From: a virus
Taxonomy: Duplodnaviria > Caudoviricetes
Strand: one strand, 5' to 3'
Length of the DNA stretch: 52,405 bases
Virus record (IMG/VR): IMGVR_UViG_3300021440_000028
Location: 1 to 52,405 of that record
Program-made: the position numbers and the translations under genes
In this document: piece by piece, positions 44,858-52,405 of the stretch
Layout of the letters: each line of letters begins with the position of its first letter
How positions within the stretch are numbered: position 1 is the stretch's first letter
The notes under the pieces: model-generated
The model's input: only the letters and a program-made list of their open reading frames with translations
What the model was told of the DNA's origin: nothing
Database searches by the model: none

Positions 44858-44947
44858 ATGCCCGCGCCGCGGATGCGGCAGGGCATCCAGGCCGGACGGC
44901 CACCAATCGCGGCGGATGCCGCACCCACCCGCTGGCGGACGCCGGCG
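44858..44947 (+). promoter_or_regulatory. Four tandem GGAY-tetraloop hairpins in the scaffold leader
   Basis: 44866-44879, 44890-44901, 44909-44922 and 44930-44947. Confidence 0.7.
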
Positions 44948-44966
44948 CAACCTTGACCACACCACT

Positions 44967-45740
44967 ATGCCCTTCAAGTACGACGCCCAAGGCCAGATCG
45001 TCACCGCCGACCACAACGGCATCAAGCTCCCCGTGTTCGTCCACCCGGACGGCAAGGAGGCGCCGTTTGATGCTGACGGCACGATCAACTCGATCAACGC
45101 CCGCGCCGAGCAGTCGCGCCGCGTTGAAGGCGAGAACAAGACGCTCAAGGAGCAACTTGCCGCGTTCGATGGTCTGGACGCCGTGAAGGCCCGCGAAGCC
45201 ATCGAGAAGATGAGCACCGTCGATCTGTCGAAGATGGTGCACGCAGGCGAAGTGGAGAAGGTCAAGGGCGAGATCGCCAAGACCTACGAGGCGAAGCTGG
45301 CCGCCAAGGACCAGGAGATGGCGCAGAAAGACGCGGCCATTTGGAAGCGCACGATGGACGCCGCCTTCAACGGCTCCAAGTTCATCGGCGAGAAGGTCGC
45401 CATCCCCGCGCAGTTCCTGCGCTCCACCTACGCCCAGCACTTCAAGCCGGGCGAGGACGGCGAGCCGGTCGGCTACTTTGCTGACGGTCGACCGATCATG
45501 TCCTCCAGCACGCCGACCAAGTTCGCGTCCTTTGATGAGGCGATGGAATCGATCATCGCCTCAGACCCTCACAAGGCGTCGATCCTGAAGGGCAGCGGCG
45601 CGTCCGGTGGTGGCGCGACCGGCGGTGGCAGCGGCGGTGGCAACGGCAAGACCCAGATCTCGCGCGCAGCCTGGCAGGCCCTGAGCCCGCTGGAGCAGCG
45701 CGCCAAGGCGACCGACCCCAAGGTCGAGATCGTCGACTGA
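44967..45740 (+). CDS. Capsid scaffolding protein (DUF6651-like)
   Basis: PV.VH.DGKE.PFD, coiled coil, F..SKFI.EK and ILK..GASG.G motifs; lies before the capsid gene. Confidence 0.85.
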   Translation: MPFKYDAQGQIVTADHNGIKLPVFVHPDGKEAPFDADGTINSINARAEQSRRVEGENKTLKEQLAAFDGLDAVKAREAIEKMSTVDLSKMVHAGEVEKVKGEIAKTYEAKLAAKDQEMAQKDAAIWKRTMDAAFNGSKFIGEKVAIPAQFLRSTYAQHFKPGEDGEPVGYFADGRPIMSSSTPTKFASFDEAMESIIASDPHKASILKGSGASGGGATGGGSGGGNGKTQISRAAWQALSPLEQRAKATDPKVEIVD

Positions 45741-45840
45741 GCACGGCGGGAGACCGCCGGCACCCGGCCCCGGATGGGGATCGGTTCAACCAGGCCGCAC
45801 GTCGCGGCCACGTTCCCATCTGACAAAGGAAACCGCCATC

Positions 45841-47141
45841 ATGGCAAACCTCCGCACTTCCCTCCGCACCGCTGCGCTGGCCTTCGTGGCCGCCGTCGCG
45901 GCCTTCAACCCGATCGCCACCATGGCCTCCGCCACCGCGCGGCTGGCCGACTGGCTGCTGCAACCGGTGCCCCAGGGCGGCGTCCTGGCCGCCAACACGC
46001 TGACCGGCATGATCAGCACCATCTACACGGCGCTCGACGTCGTGTCGCGCGAGCTGATCGGCTTCATCCCGTTCGTGTCGCGTGACGCCACCAGCGCCAG
46101 CGGTGCGGTCGGCCAGACCGTGCGCTCGCCGATCGCTCCCGCGATCAGCCTGGAAGACGTCAGCCCGGGCGCGACCCCGGCCGACTCGGGCGACCAGACC
46201 ATCGGCTATGCCGACGTGACGATCACCCGCAGCAAGGCCGCGCCGATCCGCTGGACCGGTGAGGAGCAGCTGTCGGTCAGCCAGTTCGGCCAATACAACG
46301 TGATTTTGGCCGGTCAGTTCCAGCAGGCCTTCCGCGCGCTGGCCAACCTGGTGGAGAGCGACATCGCGCTGGCAGCCAAGGCCGCCGCGTCGCGCGCCTA
46401 CGGCACGGCCGGCACCACGCCGTTCGCCACCGCGGCCGATCTGTCGGACCTGTCGCAGATCAACAAGATCCTGGACGACAACGGCGCCCCCGCGTCGGGC
46501 CGCGCGATGGTGCTGAACTCGGCCTCGCGCGCCGTGCTGGAAGGCAAGCACAGCGAGCTGTTCCGCGTGAACGAGGCGGGTGACGCTGCCGCCATGCTGC
46601 GCGAGCGCCAGATGCGTCGCCTGATGGGCTTCAGCATGGGCTACTCGGCCGGCCTGGTGACGCACACCAAGGGCACGGGCGCCAGCTACCTGGTGAACAA
46701 CGGCAGCGGCATCGCCATCGGCGGCACGACCATCGCGGCCGACACCGGCTCTGGCACCGTCCTGGCCGGCGACGTGGTGACCTTCGCGGCCGACTCGGCC
46801 AACAAGTACGTGGTCGGCACCGCGCTGTCCGGCGGTTCGTTCTCGCTGAACAAGCCGGGCGCCCTGGTGGCTATCCCCGACAACAACGCCATCACCGTGG
46901 GCAACAACTACACGCCCAACATCGCGTTCACGCAGAACGCGATCGTGCTGGCAGCCCGGGTGCCGGCCATGCCGGAAGGCGGCGACTCGGCCGACGACGT
47001 GATGCTGAGACCGATCCAGTCTCGGGCCTGACCTTCCAGGTCGCCATGTACCGCCAGTACCGCCGCGTGAAGATCGAGGTGTCGCTGGCCTGGGGCGTGG
47101 GCACGCCGAAATCGGAACACATCGCCCTGTTGCTGGGCTGA
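45841..47141 (+). CDS. Major capsid protein (P22 gp5-like), frameshifted near 47008
   Basis: [22 protein letters not shown] motif. The first frame stops at 47031. The family-like C-terminus [30 protein letters not shown]...EHIALLLG is in the -1 frame, ending at 47141. Confidence 0.9.
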
Positions 47142-47162
47142 TCCCCGGCTTCGTCCCCACCT

Positions 47163-47201
47163 GAAGGCCCCGCCGGAGCGATCCGCGGGGCCTTCTCCAT
47201 T
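47163..47201 (+). terminator. Terminator/hairpin after the capsid gene
   Basis: GAAGGCCCCGC...GCGGGGCCTTC followed by TCCATT. Confidence 0.6.
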
Positions 47202-47215
47202 CAGGAGCAGCCGAC

Positions 47216-47512
47216 ATGGCAGGAATCAGCAAGGCCGAGCGCGAGGCGCGCGCGGCAGCCGCGGCAGCGGCAGAGCAGGGCGGCGAGCAGCCGCAGGACA
47301 CCGGCGACGCCAGCAACGCCGGCGCCGACGAGGCGGCCGCGCTGCAGGCCAAGGCGATCGCCGAGGCGGAAACTGCAGCCGCGGCAGCGGCCCAGGCCGT
47401 GCAGCTCGTGCCCATGGTGCGCAGCGCCAGCCAGTACCCCGCGCCGCACACCGCCGACGTGCACCCCGACGAGGTCGGCAACTTCGCCGCCGGCGGCTGG
47501 CAGCCCGCCTGA
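47216..47512 (+). CDS. Small capsid-associated protein
   Basis: Ala-rich; C-terminal V.MVR....P.TADVHP.EV.N...GGW motif; AGGAG RBS. Confidence 0.7.
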   Translation: MAGISKAEREARAAAAAAAEQGGEQPQDTGDASNAGADEAAALQAKAIAEAETAAAAAAQAVQLVPMVRSASQYPAPHTADVHPDEVGNFAAGGWQPA

Positions 47513-47591
47513 CCACCTGCAGGACTCAGCCGCCGTGCGCCCGCCCCGTGCGGGCGCATCCGCTTGAGCCCAGCACCACGAGGACAGCACC

Positions 47592-48674
47592 ATGCCCCAG
47601 ACCATCTACGGCGGCCAGACCGGCGCCGAAACACTGCGCGCCGGCAGCGTGCTGACCGTGACGCTGGTCGTCGGCACGGGCGCCACCGTCTTCCGCTCGA
47701 TCGGCGGCGCAGCGTTCACGGGCGAGCCGGCACTGACCGCGACCACGACCTACGGCCCCTACGAGAACGACCAGACGTTCAAGGTCTGCCCGTTTTCCGG
47801 GGCGACCGTCACCATGGATGTCTCCGCCAGCCCTGGCGCGCAGCCGAACGACGCCCAGGCGGCCGCGCTTGCTGCCCTGGTGTCAGGGGCTGGGAGTGCC
47901 GTCGTCACCGGACTGGACACGCTGGCCAGCCGCGTCCAGCTTGCACACTGGCCTTGCGGCGACAGCGCGACCACACTGGGTGATGCAGTGGGCAAGGGGC
48001 CGTCGATCGCAGTGGCCGGCACCACCACCGGCGCGCTCGGAACGGCGGGCTGGTTCACCCATGATGCCGCGGGAAACACGCTGCAACTGAAGGCCATCCC
48101 GTACATCGACGGCCTGATCAACATGACGACGGACGGCGCCATCCTGATCGGATGCGATCTGTTCCTCACAGGCTGGCCCAGCGCGGGCACCGAGTACCTG
48201 TGGGCACTGCACCGGTCTGCCGAAAGCACCACGGGCGGGCTGGCCCTCACCATCAGCAACAGCGCAGCCGGCCGGTTCTCCGTGCAGTACAAACCCAACG
48301 GCGGCAGTCAGAACGAAGTAACCGGGTTCGCCCCCGGCACCTACCTGAACGTGCGCAACTCTCTGCTGGTGGAGGCCATCGTCAACACGGCGCGCGCCGA
48401 ACTCACCACGCACTTCTTCCACAACGGCCGCCTGGAGCGGTCCAACGTGTGGCCGCTGGCCACGCCCCCAGCCGCTGATGCGGCCTGCGGCCTCAATTTC
48501 TCCGGCTACGGTGCCACGCCCACTGCCAAGGTGGGCAGCGGCGGCAGCACCGGCGCCCGCGTGCAGAACCTGCTGGTGGGTCGCCACAACGGCAAAGACC
48601 GCAACCTGGCCGGCCGGCTCGCCCGCGACATGTACGCCAATGCCGCGCTGCCTTCCTGGCTCACCCGCATCTGA
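47592..48674 (+). CDS. Putative head decoration/fibre protein with a ConA/LamG-like beta-sandwich
   Basis: YGPY-containing N-terminal module; AHW...D..G.G then a beta-rich domain; position after the capsid gene. Confidence 0.55.
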   Translation: MPQTIYGGQTGAETLRAGSVLTVTLVVGTGATVFRSIGGAAFTGEPALTATTTYGPYENDQTFKVCPFSGATVTMDVSASPGAQPNDAQAAALAALVSGAGSAVVTGLDTLASRVQLAHWPCGDSATTLGDAVGKGPSIAVAGTTTGALGTAGWFTHDAAGNTLQLKAIPYIDGLINMTTDGAILIGCDLFLTGWPSAGTEYLWALHRSAESTTGGLALTISNSAAGRFSVQYKPNGGSQNEVTGFAPGTYLNVRNSLLVEAIVNTARAELTTHFFHNGRLERSNVWPLATPPAADAACGLNFSGYGATPTAKVGSGGSTGARVQNLLVGRHNGKDRNLAGRLARDMYANAALPSWLTRI

Positions 48675-48683
48675 GGATCAATC

Positions 48684-50069
48684 ATGGCAATCAGCTTCTG
48701 GTGGCTCGGCCACGCAACCACTGCCACCGCCCGCGTACTGGTGCGTGGCACCACCAACGGCGCAGTGACTGTCAGCGGCAGTTTTGGCAGCGTGTCGGCC
48801 ACGCTGGACACCACAGTCAATGACGGCGTGGTGGTGCTCAACGTCAACGGCCTGGCGCCCAACACCAGCTACCCCATCACCATCACCGACGCCTCGGGCG
48901 CATCCGAAGTGGGCGCGCTCAAGACCATGCCCAGCATCGGCGGCAAGGTGGCCTTCATCTCCTGCGACGAGCGGGTGCGCTCGCTGACGGACCTCGCGCA
49001 GAACATCATTGCGGCCGGCGCGAATGCGGTGTGCCACGAGGGCGACTACGTGTATGTCGCGGCCAACCTCACCAACTACAACGGCGAGACCAGCCCGGCC
49101 ATCAACACTGCCAGCACCCCGGCCAATTACGCCAACCACTGGCGCCAGTGCAAGCGCAAAGCCGACAAGCGGTTGCTTGAAACGATGGTCCCGCACTACT
49201 ACATGTTCGACGACCACGAGTTCGGCGGCGACAACTGGGACCATTCGGTCAAGCTGGCGCAGACCACGCTCAACGTCGCCAGCGGCAGCACCGACACGGG
49301 CGGCCTCGGGCTCAACGGCAGCGCGGAGGTGGATGCCTCGTGGTGGGCCGCACGTCAGGCTGCTGCCTACTACATGGCTGGCAACCCGGCGTCCGAATAC
49401 ACGGCTGACAAGCCGCAGGGTGCCCAGGCTGGCACTGCAGCCAGCCAGTACCCGGCTGCTGGATACCGTTTCATGGTGGGAGACATCGAGGTGTTTCACC
49501 CCGATCTGTTCACCTCGCGGTCATTCCTGGCCGCCACGGACAACGCCAGCAAGACCATGCTGGGCGCGGCGCAGAAAGCCTGGCTGAAGGCGGCCCTGCT
49601 TGCCTCCACCGCCACCTTCAAGGTGATCGCCAGCGGCAAGACCACGTACAAGGCCACTGCCGGCGGCACCGGCGATGACTGGACGGTCTATAGCACCGAG
49701 CGCGACGAACTGATCGACTACATCAATGCCCAGGGCATCAAGGGCGTGGTGTGGATGTGTGGTGATGCACACGGAGCCTTCGTCAGCTACGACCCGGCCA
49801 AGGGCCACATTGCGGTCTGTGCCAACCCGGCCGGCGTCGATCACATCGTGCAGGCCACTGGCTACCAGCCGTTCACGGTGTGGAAGGAAAGCGCGTACAC
49901 ACCCAACGCCACCACCGACCCGCGCAAGGCTGGCCTGTTCGGTCTTTGCGAAGTGGTCACCGCGGCCAGCGGCTTGAAGACCCTGCTGGTGCGCCTCATC
50001 GACCAGTACGGCGTCGAGCTGTGGCGCGGTCAGGTCGACCAGGGCACCAACGTGCTGCGCACGGCCTGA
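48684..50069 (+). CDS. phoD: PhoD-family alkaline phosphatase / phosphodiesterase
   Basis: FISC, GDYVY, DDHE..DN, TMLG..Q.AWL...L..S.A.FKVI.S, DDW..Y..ER..L and GD.H motifs; N-terminal FN3-like domain; no signal peptide. Confidence 0.88.
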   Translation: MAISFWWLGHATTATARVLVRGTTNGAVTVSGSFGSVSATLDTTVNDGVVVLNVNGLAPNTSYPITITDASGASEVGALKTMPSIGGKVAFISCDERVRSLTDLAQNIIAAGANAVCHEGDYVYVAANLTNYNGETSPAINTASTPANYANHWRQCKRKADKRLLETMVPHYYMFDDHEFGGDNWDHSVKLAQTTLNVASGSTDTGGLGLNGSAEVDASWWAARQAAAYYMAGNPASEYTADKPQGAQAGTAASQYPAAGYRFMVGDIEVFHPDLFTSRSFLAATDNASKTMLGAAQKAWLKAALLASTATFKVIASGKTTYKATAGGTGDDWTVYSTERDELIDYINAQGIKGVVWMCGDAHGAFVSYDPAKGHIAVCANPAGVDHIVQATGYQPFTVWKESAYTPNATTDPRKAGLFGLCEVVTAASGLKTLLVRLIDQYGVELWRGQVDQGTNVLRTA

Positions 50070-50183
50070 TCAGCCATGTCCGTCCAACCACTGATCCGCC
50101 CGAGCGCCAGACCGCACGATGCAAATGGCCAGGATGCCGCCGCAGCTCCACAGCGCAACGGCGGCCAGCAGGGCAATGCACAT
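50070..50183 (-). CDS. Putative 37-aa single-TM peptide, antisense to the late operon
   Basis: GGGAGA RBS; MCIALLAAVALWSCGGILAICIVRSGARADQWLDGHG. Confidence 0.45.
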   Translation of the reverse strand: MCIALLAAVALWSCGGILAICIVRSGARADQWLDGHG

Positions 50184-50292
50184 GTCGGTCTCCCAGGGTC
50201 AGACGCCGCAGCATGGGCACGCCCCATGTCAGCTGTGTGACGTGACCGCAGCCTGATCCCATCCCCTGCCGGTGCACCACTGAAAGCACGCC

Positions 50293-50700
50293 ATGACCGT
50301 CCAGAACTCCACCGCCGTGCGCAACGCCCAGGGCGACGCATGGGAGACCGCCATCGGCACCAGCGCGAAGCTGCGCATCTACACCGGCGCCCAGCCGGCG
50401 AACTGCGCAGCGTCGCGCACCGGCACGCTGCTGGTCGAGTACAGCCTGGCCAGCGACTGGTGCGCGGCTGCCAGCTCGGGCGCGAAGGTGTTCAACAGCC
50501 TGCCGCTCAGCACCACGGCAGCGGGCACCGGCACGGCCGGCCACTACGCCATCATGGACAGCGCCGGCACGACCTGCCACGAGCAGGGCAGCGTGACGGC
50601 CACGGGCGGCGGTGGCGACCTGACGATCGACAACACCTCGATCGCCAGCGGGCAGACGGTCAGTGTCACCGGCTTCACCAAGACCTGGCCGGGGGCCTGA
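50293..50700 (+). CDS. Virion structural protein
   Basis: RNA..D, L.IY.G.QP, G.LL, QG.V...GGGGDL..DN.SI..GQ.V motifs. Confidence 0.75.
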   Translation: MTVQNSTAVRNAQGDAWETAIGTSAKLRIYTGAQPANCAASRTGTLLVEYSLASDWCAAASSGAKVFNSLPLSTTAAGTGTAGHYAIMDSAGTTCHEQGSVTATGGGGDLTIDNTSIASGQTVSVTGFTKTWPGA

Positions 50701-50702
50701 GC

Positions 50703-51560
50703 ATGATCATCCTGTCGTCCACCAGCGACAAGCTGCGAGTCGTCACCGACAGCACGGCCAACACCGATGTACACGCCAGCTGGGCTGACTTGACCGTCGG
50801 CACGGGCGCGACGACCGCGGACCGCAAGAACACGGCGATCGGCAGCGCGACGACCACCGATGTCGTCAGCTCGCCATCGTCCGGCGTCGTGCGCACGGTC
50901 AAGACCCTCCACATCCGCAACAAGCACGCGACGCTGGCACAGACGGTGACTGTCCAGCACACCGACGGCACGACTGCTGTCGAGCAGATCCAGATCAACC
51001 TGCCCGCCGGCTACGTGCTGCACTACGACGAAGGTGCGGGCTTCGAGGTTCAGGACGCCTACGGGCGAGGCCTCGCCAACTGGAGCGCCAACGGCAGCGG
51101 AGCTGCGGTAAACGCCCTGAATATGGTGGTGCTGACATCGGACGTCACGAACGCCAACGCGGTCGCCAACACCATGCAGGACATCACCGGGCTGGCGTTC
51201 AGCGTCACAGCCGGTGAGACCTATTACTTCCGCTTCATCATCGACTTCACGGCGGCAGCTCTGACCACCGGCTCGCGCTTCAGCATCTCGGGCCCGGGTG
51301 CACCAACGCGGCTGGCTTATCGCACTGTCGTTCCGTCTGCTGGCACCTCAGAGACACTGACGGTCGGCATTACCGCCTATGACTTGCCGGCCGCTGCCGT
51401 AGCGGCAACCCCCGCGTTGGCCGGCAACGTGGCCCAGGTCGAGGGGTTCATCACGCCGAGTGCATCCGGCAGCGTGATCGCGCGCTTTGCCTCCGAAGTC
51501 GCGGCCAGTGCCATCGTGGCCAAGGCTGGCAGCTTGTGCACGTGGGTGCGGGTGCTGTAA
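50703..51560 (+). CDS. Virion structural protein (fibre-like)
   Basis: ATG 50703; Thr/Ser/Ala-rich beta composition; DITGL.FSV.A..TY motif. Confidence 0.7.
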   Translation: MIILSSTSDKLRVVTDSTANTDVHASWADLTVGTGATTADRKNTAIGSATTTDVVSSPSSGVVRTVKTLHIRNKHATLAQTVTVQHTDGTTAVEQIQINLPAGYVLHYDEGAGFEVQDAYGRGLANWSANGSGAAVNALNMVVLTSDVTNANAVANTMQDITGLAFSVTAGETYYFRFIIDFTAAALTTGSRFSISGPGAPTRLAYRTVVPSAGTSETLTVGITAYDLPAAAVAATPALAGNVAQVEGFITPSASGSVIARFASEVAASAIVAKAGSLCTWVRVL

Positions 51561-52283
51561 GTGGCCCGCGGCCTGTTCGCTTCTGAGGCGGTCGCGCAGG
51601 GGTGGTTTGCGCCCGAGGCGCTAGCGCTCGGGTGGTTTGACGAAGCGCTGATCGACGCCGGCAGCACTGCTGGAGCATCCGCAAGCGCTGCGCAGTTGCT
51701 CGCCGCTCCCGCGCAGGCGGCAACAGCTGCGGTGACGGCGCAGGCGCAGTCCTCGCAAGCACTCGCGGCACCATCGCAATCCGCAGCCGCTGGCGTCACA
51801 GCCACAGCAGCAGCATCCCAGACCCTGCCGGCGGCATCACAGTCGGCTGCGGCCGGTGTGAACGTCGCCGCCGCGGCTTCGCAGTCGGTGGCGGCTGTTG
51901 CGCAGGTGGCCGCCGCTTCGGTGGCGCCGGCCAGCGATCGGAACGCGCAGGCCGCGCAGAACCTGGCGGCGCCGGTGCAGTCAGCAACGGCGGCAGTCGT
52001 TATCGCTGCCGGCTCCATCGTCGTGATGGACCCGGCGATCAACGCGGCTGTCGCAGCGGTCCTGGTGGCCGCTTCGGCATCGCAGGCCCTGCAGGCTGTG
52101 ACGCAGTCGGCGACGGCTGCCGGCCCGAACACCGACGAGACCTACCCGCTGGCCGGCGACATCCAGGCCTACCCAGTCGGCGCCGCGCAGGCCTATCCGC
52201 TCAGCGCCGCGGCCGACTACCCGCTGGCTGGCCAAGCTCAGGCGCTGCCTCTGGCCGGCATCCGCCAGACCTACCCGATCTGA
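51561..52283 (+). CDS. Ala-rich repeat protein, probably structural
   Basis: About 21-aa SQ.LAA..QSA.A.V repeats and C-terminal YPL(A/S) repeats. Confidence 0.65.
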   Translation: MARGLFASEAVAQGWFAPEALALGWFDEALIDAGSTAGASASAAQLLAAPAQAATAAVTAQAQSSQALAAPSQSAAAGVTATAAASQTLPAASQSAAAGVNVAAAASQSVAAVAQVAAASVAPASDRNAQAAQNLAAPVQSATAAVVIAAGSIVVMDPAINAAVAAVLVAASASQALQAVTQSATAAGPNTDETYPLAGDIQAYPVGAAQAYPLSAAADYPLAGQAQALPLAGIRQTYPI

Positions 52284-52405
52284 GGCGACGACATGGCACT
52301 GATCACCGAAGACGGCACCGCGAAGGCAGACGCCGAGAGCTACTGCAGCGTCGCCGCAGCCGATGCGCACCACGAAGCTCGCGGCATGACCAACTGGGCC
52401 TCTCA
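52279..52405. repeat. Terminal direct repeat, right copy
   Basis: Matches 1-127 except for the last base. Confidence 0.95.

Noticed and set aside
46995-47031. Programmed frameshift giving two capsid forms
   Set aside because: No slippery heptamer is present, and the shifted part is core capsid sequence rather than an optional extension. An indel is favoured.
50076-50240. Plus-strand 54-aa ORF after phoD
   Set aside because: No RBS and low-complexity content; the minus-strand TM peptide is better supported.
52279-52405. Biological terminal repeat, or a real variant at the last base
   Set aside because: The 127-nt length matches an assembler k-mer and the repeat cuts through a gene. The single terminal mismatch is most simply an end artefact.

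Overview
This window is an apparently complete, circularly closed ~52.3 kb genome of a temperate, lambdoid-organised siphovirus. It is GC-rich (roughly 70% by eye), and the host is probably a Betaproteobacterium judging by the tRNA-Asn attP core. Bases 1-126 recur at 52279-52404, consistent with an assembly overlap, and attP is intact, so this is the excised form. Gene order: head-tail joining, tail and tail tip (15-12780), then putative holins, attP and integrase (13973-15341). A leftward early operon follows (15.3-28.4 kb: excisionase, ASCH, DUF5131, HD phosphohydrolase, NinB, YqaJ exonuclease, annealing protein). Next come the immunity region with CACC-N4-GGTG operators, cI and cro, and a rightward early operon (SNF2-methylase fusion, DUF1376 initiator with ori, HNH, RusA, Q-like). 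Last are the late head genes (terminase, portal, minor head, scaffold, P22-like capsid, decoration genes). The most notable signals are: (1) eight GGA(U/C)-tetraloop hairpins clustered in the leaders of terS, scaffold and capsid, a candidate cis-regulatory RNA system for head assembly; (2) a PhoD phosphatase with intact metal-ligand motifs and no export signal among the head-decoration genes; (3) signal-peptide-like N-terminal extensions on the major capsid and tail-tip proteins, plus a Thr-nucleophile proteasome-beta-like gene in the head-tail module; (4) a translationally coupled integrase lacking its catalytic domain next to Q; (5) a CI that has lost its autocleavage dyad; (6) a frameshift near the capsid 3' end and no recognisable endolysin. 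All family calls come from motif recognition and synteny, not database searches.
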